From an uncultured Gammaproteobacteria bacterium (GTDB taxonomy: Bacteria; Patescibacteriota; Patescibacteriia; Patescibacteriales; UBA12465), in NCBI GenBank assembly GCA_964639785.1, contig CAZXEE010000001.1:314556-378555 (forward strand): a DNA stretch of 64,000 bases, read 5' to 3'. The position numbers and the translations under genes are program-made. The notes beneath the pieces were generated by a model. It was not told the DNA's origin. It saw only the letters and a list, made by a program, of their open reading frames with translations, and searched no databases. This document shows, in pieces, positions 58,936-64,000 of the stretch (positions are counted from its first letter, which is position 1; each line of letters begins with the position of its first letter).

Positions 58936-61020
58936 ATGATTTTAGCTGTTAAAAAAACTGATTTTTCTTCCAATCGTCTGAATCTGGTTTTGACGGTTGT
59001 TTTTTTATTGGCTGTCTCCTTGGTTGGCCGGCTTTATTATCTGCAGATCAATCAGGGTAATGATTATACCGCCAAGGCTAACAAGCAGCAGCAGACCTAT
59101 AGCGAGCTCAAGCCTTCTCGCGGCCATATCTATATCAATAACTATAGTAAGAGCTTGAATACCAACGAGCTGTCGCTTTTAGCTACTAACAAGAACTTTG
59201 CTACTATCTATGTCGTTCCGAAGGATATCCCGACTGACAAGCAGGAAGCTCTGGCGCAGAAGATCTATGAGGTTTTTGATATGGCTGCCGTTGAGAAACA
59301 GGTGGATGATTTCTTGAAGCAGGAGGACCAGAAGGGTATGGATGATGAGCTGGCTTATATCGACAGCTTGTCCTTGTCGGACGATGAAAAGAAAGCCAAG
59401 AAGGAAGAGGTGGCTAACAGGAAGGCGTCGTTATCAGGCGAAGCGGAGTGGAGCGAGTTTCGGAAGATGAAACGGGAACTGGAAATCAATGAGCGCCGAG
59501 CCGTGATTATCAATGCTTATTTGGAGAAGATCAAGAAGCCGAATGATCCTTATGAAGTGATCCAGAAGAAGGTGCCCGAGGACATGCTTTTGAAAACTTA
59601 TGCTAGCGTCATAGCTTTAGATAACATTAATCTGGCAGCTGAGGACTTGGAAATCAAGAATAGCTTGATATTCAAGAAAGGTGAGAGCAGCACCGGCGAC
59701 CCTATCAGTTTCAAGGGCTTGGGCTATGACATGGAGTCATATCGTTTCTATCCGGAAAATAATATGGCTTCCCATATCTTGGGATTCGTTAATTATGAGA
59801 ATGTCGGTAACTACGGCTTGGAAGGTTATTACAATACTGAATTGACCGGCAAGTCCGGTTCTCTCAAGGGTGAACGCGGCAGCGGCAGCAACGTCATCAT
59901 TGTCAATGATCGCGAGTATGTCGCACCGGAAGCCGGCCAAGATTTAGTCCTGACCATCGACCGAGCAGTCGAATTCTATGCCTGCAAGAAATTGGAGGAA
60001 TATGAAGCTAAATTCAAATACACCAGCGGTTCGATCATTATCGTCAAGCCGAATACGGGAGATATCATCGCTATGTGTTCTTGGCCGAGCTTTGATCCGA
60101 ATAATTATGCTGACGTCAAAAAGGCTGATATCTTTTCTAATCAAGCTATCAGCAGCCAATATGAACCGGGTTCGGTCTTCAAGACGATTACTACTGCAGC
60201 CGCTTTAGATCAGAAGAAGATTAGTCCGAGTACTACTTACAACGATACGGGTCAGAGGATGATTGAGGGTTGGAAGAAGCCAATCGCTAATTCCGATTAT
60301 GAAACGGCTGGAGCTCATGGCAAAGTCGACATGAAGACGATGTTAGAAAAATCTTTGAATCTAGGCGCTATCTTTGCCATGGAACAGATCGGTCCTAAAG
60401 TATTCGCCGACTATGTAAAGAAATTTGGTTTCGGCGAAACGGCCGGAATTGAGCTTAACGCTGAGGCCAGTGGCAATATCAGTCCGCTTTTGCGCGACAA
60501 GGTCCGTCCGATCGATGCGGCTACCGCTTCTTTCGGCCAAGGCTTGGCCGTGACCCCGCTGCAGATGGTGATGTCCTATGCCGCTATCGCTAACGGCGGC
60601 GTCTTGATGAAACCGCATATCGTGAAAGAGATTATCAAGCCGGATGGCAGCCGAGTGAGCACTCCGCCGCAAGAATTGCGCCGGGTCATTTCAGCTGAAG
60701 CGGCTAATACGGTGTCAGCCATGTTGGCTGAGGTGGTAGAGAAGGGGCATTCTAAATTAGCTGGGGTTTCTGGTTATTATGTCGGCGGAAAAACCGGTAC
60801 GGCTCAGATTCCATCACCCAAGGGTGGTTATCTGGAATCCCAGTATATCCATACTTTTGTCGGATTCGCTCCGGTTGACAAGCCGCGCTTCGTTATGTTA
60901 GTTAAGCTAGACAAGCCTAAGGGCTTTAAATTCGCTGAAAGCACGGCAGCTCCGATTTTTGGAGATATTGCTGATTTCTTGCTAAAATATTATCAAGTCC
61001 CGAAAGAGAGGGAAAAGTAA
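58936..61020 (+). CDS. Class B penicillin-binding protein (FtsI/PBP2-like)
   Basis: TM, RGHIY, RFYP, GLEG, EPGSVFK (SxxK), SLN (SxN), KTGTAQ. Confidence 0.93.
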   Translation: MILAVKKTDFSSNRLNLVLTVVFLLAVSLVGRLYYLQINQGNDYTAKANKQQQTYSELKPSRGHIYINNYSKSLNTNELSLLATNKNFATIYVVPKDIPTDKQEALAQKIYEVFDMAAVEKQVDDFLKQEDQKGMDDELAYIDSLSLSDDEKKAKKEEVANRKASLSGEAEWSEFRKMKRELEINERRAVIINAYLEKIKKPNDPYEVIQKKVPEDMLLKTYASVIALDNINLAAEDLEIKNSLIFKKGESSTGDPISFKGLGYDMESYRFYPENNMASHILGFVNYENVGNYGLEGYYNTELTGKSGSLKGERGSGSNVIIVNDREYVAPEAGQDLVLTIDRAVEFYACKKLEEYEAKFKYTSGSIIIVKPNTGDIIAMCSWPSFDPNNYADVKKADIFSNQAISSQYEPGSVFKTITTAAALDQKKISPSTTYNDTGQRMIEGWKKPIANSDYETAGAHGKVDMKTMLEKSLNLGAIFAMEQIGPKVFADYVKKFGFGETAGIELNAEASGNISPLLRDKVRPIDAATASFGQGLAVTPLQMVMSYAAIANGGVLMKPHIVKEIIKPDGSRVSTPPQELRRVISAEAANTVSAMLAEVVEKGHSKLAGVSGYYVGGKTGTAQIPSPKGGYLESQYIHTFVGFAPVDKPRFVMLVKLDKPKGFKFAESTAAPIFGDIADFLLKYYQVPKEREK

Positions 61021-61024
61021 TCAT

Positions 61025-62296
61025 ATGAAAAAAATACTACAATTTATCCTGAAGACGATGGCGCGGATGGTGCTTAACAAATACAAGCCGGAAGTGGTCG
61101 GAATCACCGGCAGTATCGGCAAGACCAGTACGAAGGAAGCGGTTTATGCCGTTTTGAAGGACAAGTTCAATATCCGCCGGAGCTTGAAGAATTATAATAA
61201 TGAATTAGGCCTTCCTTTGACTATCCTGGGTGTCGATTCTCCGGGCAAGTCGCTCATCGGTTGGCTGAGAGTATTAGGGTATTTCATCAAGCTGCTCATT
61301 GTCAAAGACAAGGATTATCCGACCGTCTTGATATTGGAAATGGGTATTGATCGTCCGGGTGACATGAAGTATCTGACCAGCATCGTCAAGCCGAACATCG
61401 GGTTAGTGACCGGAGTCGGTTCATCTCACTTGGAATTTTTTGACAAGCCGGAGAATATCCAGAAAGAGAAGAGGGTTTTGGTCGAAAGCTTGGACAAAGA
61501 ATCTTTAGCTGTTTTGAATTATGATAATGAATTGACCAGGGAGATGAAGGACTCAGTCATCTGCCAGGTATTGAACTATGGCCTAAAAGATGGGGCTGAT
61601 ATCATGGCTCAGGAAATCAATTTTAATTTCCGGAGCGGAGAAGAGAATCTCTTTGGTGTCAGTTTCAAACTTAATTATCGCGGAGCTATAGTCCCGGTCT
61701 TCTTGCCGCATGTCATTGGCTATCCGCCGATCTATGCCGCTTTAGCAGCGAGTGCCGTAGCTCTCCATTATAGTATCAATTTGGTAGATATCGCCCAATC
61801 TCTAAGCGACTTCCATTTGCCGGCTGGCAGATTGAACTTGATTCCAGGACGGAAAGAAACCAAGGTTATCGATGATACCTATAACTCCTCTCCGGATTCT
61901 TGTTTGGCTGCTCTGTCAGTCTTGTCCGAGGTCAATATCGCTCACGGCCGGAAAATCGCCGTGTTAGGCGATATGCTTGAGCTAGGAAATGCCAGCGAGA
62001 CCGGACATCAGGAGGTGGGAAAGAAAGCGGCGGAGAGCGTTGACCTGTTGGTGGCAGTTGGAGAGAAGGGAAAGATTATCGGCGCTGAAGCTGAGAGACA
62101 AGGATTGAAGAAAGTAATCTATTACCCTGACAGCTTGAAGGCGGCTGAAGCTATATTGGATGTCATTGCTGCCGGCGACCTGATCTTGGTCAAAGGTTCC
62201 CAGGGAGCTAGGATGGAAAAGGTGGTGAAAGTCTTGATGGCTGAACCGGAAAAAGCTTTCGAGTTATTGGTCCGGCAGGGCAAGGGATGGGAATAA
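61025..62296 (+). CDS. murF: UDP-N-acetylmuramoyl-tripeptide--D-Ala-D-Ala ligase
   Basis: GITGSIGKTSTKE, NNELG.PLT, DDTYNSSP, GDMLELG, LVKGS. Confidence 0.95.
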   Translation: MKKILQFILKTMARMVLNKYKPEVVGITGSIGKTSTKEAVYAVLKDKFNIRRSLKNYNNELGLPLTILGVDSPGKSLIGWLRVLGYFIKLLIVKDKDYPTVLILEMGIDRPGDMKYLTSIVKPNIGLVTGVGSSHLEFFDKPENIQKEKRVLVESLDKESLAVLNYDNELTREMKDSVICQVLNYGLKDGADIMAQEINFNFRSGEENLFGVSFKLNYRGAIVPVFLPHVIGYPPIYAALAASAVALHYSINLVDIAQSLSDFHLPAGRLNLIPGRKETKVIDDTYNSSPDSCLAALSVLSEVNIAHGRKIAVLGDMLELGNASETGHQEVGKKAAESVDLLVAVGEKGKIIGAEAERQGLKKVIYYPDSLKAAEAILDVIAAGDLILVKGSQGARMEKVVKVLMAEPEKAFELLVRQGKGWE

Positions 62297-62313
62297 GTTT
62301 CAATTTATATGAT

Positions 62314-62350
62314 AAAAAAATAGAGGACCTCTTTTGAGATCCTCTTTTTT
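62314..62350. terminator. Bidirectional terminator
   Basis: A-run-AGAGGA.CTC-TTTT-GAG.TCCTCT-T-run. Confidence 0.7.
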
Positions 62351-62372
62351 GTTGCCCCTTTTTATTCCCCCT

Positions 62373-62504
62373 TTATTCCCGATTTTTTAATTTTTTGATC
62401 TTTTTACGACTTTTATTGTCATTTGTTCTTTGGCGGTTGCCGCCTTTGATGCTTTTGGAATATTCTTCTGGAATTCTTCCTTCGTTTGATGATGATTGAG
62501 ACAT
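62373..62504 (-). CDS. 43-aa basic micro-protein
   Basis: Hand translation MSQSSSNEGRIPEEYSKSIKGGNRQRTNDNKSRKKIKKLKNRE; upstream TTGACA-16-TAAACT; downstream terminator. Confidence 0.45.
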   Translation of the reverse strand: MSQSSSNEGRIPEEYSKSIKGGNRQRTNDNKSRKKIKKLKNRE

Positions 62505-62592
62505 GTCTACGATATATTTGATTGTTGATTCTTTGATTATGAGTTTAACACAATTTGCAGTTTTGTCAAATATGTTGTAGAATGTGGAAGAT

Positions 62593-63633
62593 ATGAAAAT
62601 AGTTATCGGGTTTATTACCTACAACAATCTGACTTCCAAGTATCTGCCTTTCTTTGTTCCTAGTTTGAAGGAAGCTTTGGCGGAAACTTTTGGCGATTAT
62701 GAGACCGAGAAGAATTATCGCATCTTAGCGGTGGATAATAGTGATGATGAGGTTAATGAAAACTCAGTTTATCTGAAAGATAATTTTCCGGAGATTGAAT
62801 TGGATTATGCCGGTTCAAATTTAGGTTTTGCCAAGGCCTACAACCGGATGATCAGTCGGGCGGGTGAGTTAGGGGCGGATTATTTCTTGATGATCAATCC
62901 TGACACCTTGGTAGATTTCAGTACTATCACGGAGCTTATTGAAGCCTTGGATGAAAATCCTAAGTTGGGGGCGATCGCTCCACGAATCTTGAGATGGGAT
63001 TTTGCTTCCAACACCAGGACTACTATTATAGATAGTGACGGCTTGTTCATTACTGCTAGCCATCGTTTTTCTGATCGGCATCAGGGACTAGAAGCTCTTG
63101 ATTGCGAGCCGGAAATGGTTTTCGGTTTTACCGGTGCGGCCGCTTTGATCCGGATGCAGGCTTTACGCGAGATAGCTTATGACAATCATGGACATATAGA
63201 ATATCTGGATGAATTGATGTTCATGTACAAAGAGGATGTCGATTTGTCATATCGCTTGCAATTAGCCGGTTGGCCGACAGAGTCTTTGCCTTCGGCTTAT
63301 ATCTATCATGACCGGACTGCCAGTCCTTTGGGGGAGAGCTTGAGACAGATAATTAGGAACCGGAAAAACAAGAGCCGAGCGGTCAAGCGCTGGTCATTTT
63401 TGAACCATTGGATATTGGTTCTGAAGTACTCACATCTGGATTATTCCTTCCGGGTCAAGTGGAAGACTTGGCGTTATCAGCTGTTCGGATTGTTCTTCGC
63501 TTTGTTCTTCGAAACCTATTTGCTCAAGGAACTTAGGACCTTGTGGCAGAAACGGGCTGAAATAAAGCTGAAACGTCAATCTCTACGGATTGCGATTAAC
63601 CCTCGTAAAATCGAGGAAATGATGGAAAAATAA
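62593..63633 (+). CDS. Glycosyltransferase family 2 (rhamnosyltransferase-like)
   Basis: VDNS, NLGFAKAYN, INPD, TGAAAL, FMYKEDVDLSYR. Confidence 0.9.
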   Translation: MKIVIGFITYNNLTSKYLPFFVPSLKEALAETFGDYETEKNYRILAVDNSDDEVNENSVYLKDNFPEIELDYAGSNLGFAKAYNRMISRAGELGADYFLMINPDTLVDFSTITELIEALDENPKLGAIAPRILRWDFASNTRTTIIDSDGLFITASHRFSDRHQGLEALDCEPEMVFGFTGAAALIRMQALREIAYDNHGHIEYLDELMFMYKEDVDLSYRLQLAGWPTESLPSAYIYHDRTASPLGESLRQIIRNRKNKSRAVKRWSFLNHWILVLKYSHLDYSFRVKWKTWRYQLFGLFFALFFETYLLKELRTLWQKRAEIKLKRQSLRIAINPRKIEEMMEK

Positions 63634-63721
63634 GGGAAATAGGCACCACTTGACTAGAGGCTTGACTAAGTAAAAAAAATGTGCCAATATGTAGTTAATA
63701 AAAATATTTAATCTTCTTTAT

Positions 63722-64000
63722 ATGGAGAATATCTTGGAAAAAATCGTAAAAAACAAAAAGGCGGAAGAGCTGAACAAGCTGGATTCTGTTAAGATCGTTA
63801 ACTCTCTTTTCAGTGATTTGATGGAGCGTGAACGCGATGTTTTAGTACGTCGTTTCGGTTTGAATAGCAACGAATCTGAGACATTGGAAAAGATCGGCGG
63901 CTTGCATAATCTGACTCGTGAGAGAGTCCGCCAGATCGAAGTCGGCAGTATCCGCAAATTGAAGAAATTGGATAATCTTGAGTCTTATCTATCTGATATC
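63722..64000 (+). CDS. Protein with N-terminal sigma-70 region 4 HTH (3'-partial)
   Basis: Hand translation ...LMERERDVLVRRFGL...ETLEKIG..HNLTRERVRQIE; runs off the window. Confidence 0.85.
   Translation, partial: MENILEKIVKNKKAEELNKLDSVKIVNSLFSDLMERERDVLVRRFGLNSNESETLEKIGGLHNLTRERVRQIEVGSIRKLKKLDNLESYLSDI

Noticed and set aside
63718-63957. 79-aa minus-strand ORF
   Set aside because: The opposite strand encodes a clear sigma-4 domain

Overview
Gene-dense bacterial chromosomal segment in standard genetic code 11 (TGA is used as a stop). A Patescibacteria/CPR origin (Parcubacteria/ABY1, Falkowbacteria-like) is inferred from AT-rich, SD-less translation starts, a half-length TsaB, 'GRI(F/I)L(Q/R)VQ' repeats and a stand-alone sigma-4 protein. 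Contents in order: AT-rich glycosyltransferase island and GDP-fucose genes; priming glycosyltransferase and O-antigen ligase-TPR; Fic protein; a large NlpC/P60-LTD-LamG surface protein; class I aldolase, rodA, rplY, prmC-prfA-rpmE, rmlBDA, hisS; an NDK-like pseudoenzyme; a promoter/terminator-bounded non-coding unit; rnhB; a mixed operon (beta-CASP RNase, Smr, AlkD, cysS, dus, tsaB, transglutaminase-like); rpsB-tsf-ricT; cca; ppi-iscS-iscU-sod; and the start of a dcw cluster (mraZ, rsmH, ftsL-like, class B PBP, murF). The most notable locus is an apparent operon joining gap to a minimal NuoF-like HydB, a motif-complete group A [FeFe]-hydrogenase, an ECF S-component-like protein and a TM1266-like protein, with no hydC or hydEFG in the window. 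No rRNA, tRNA, CRISPR array or transposase was seen. All calls come from motif recognition by eye; no searches were run.
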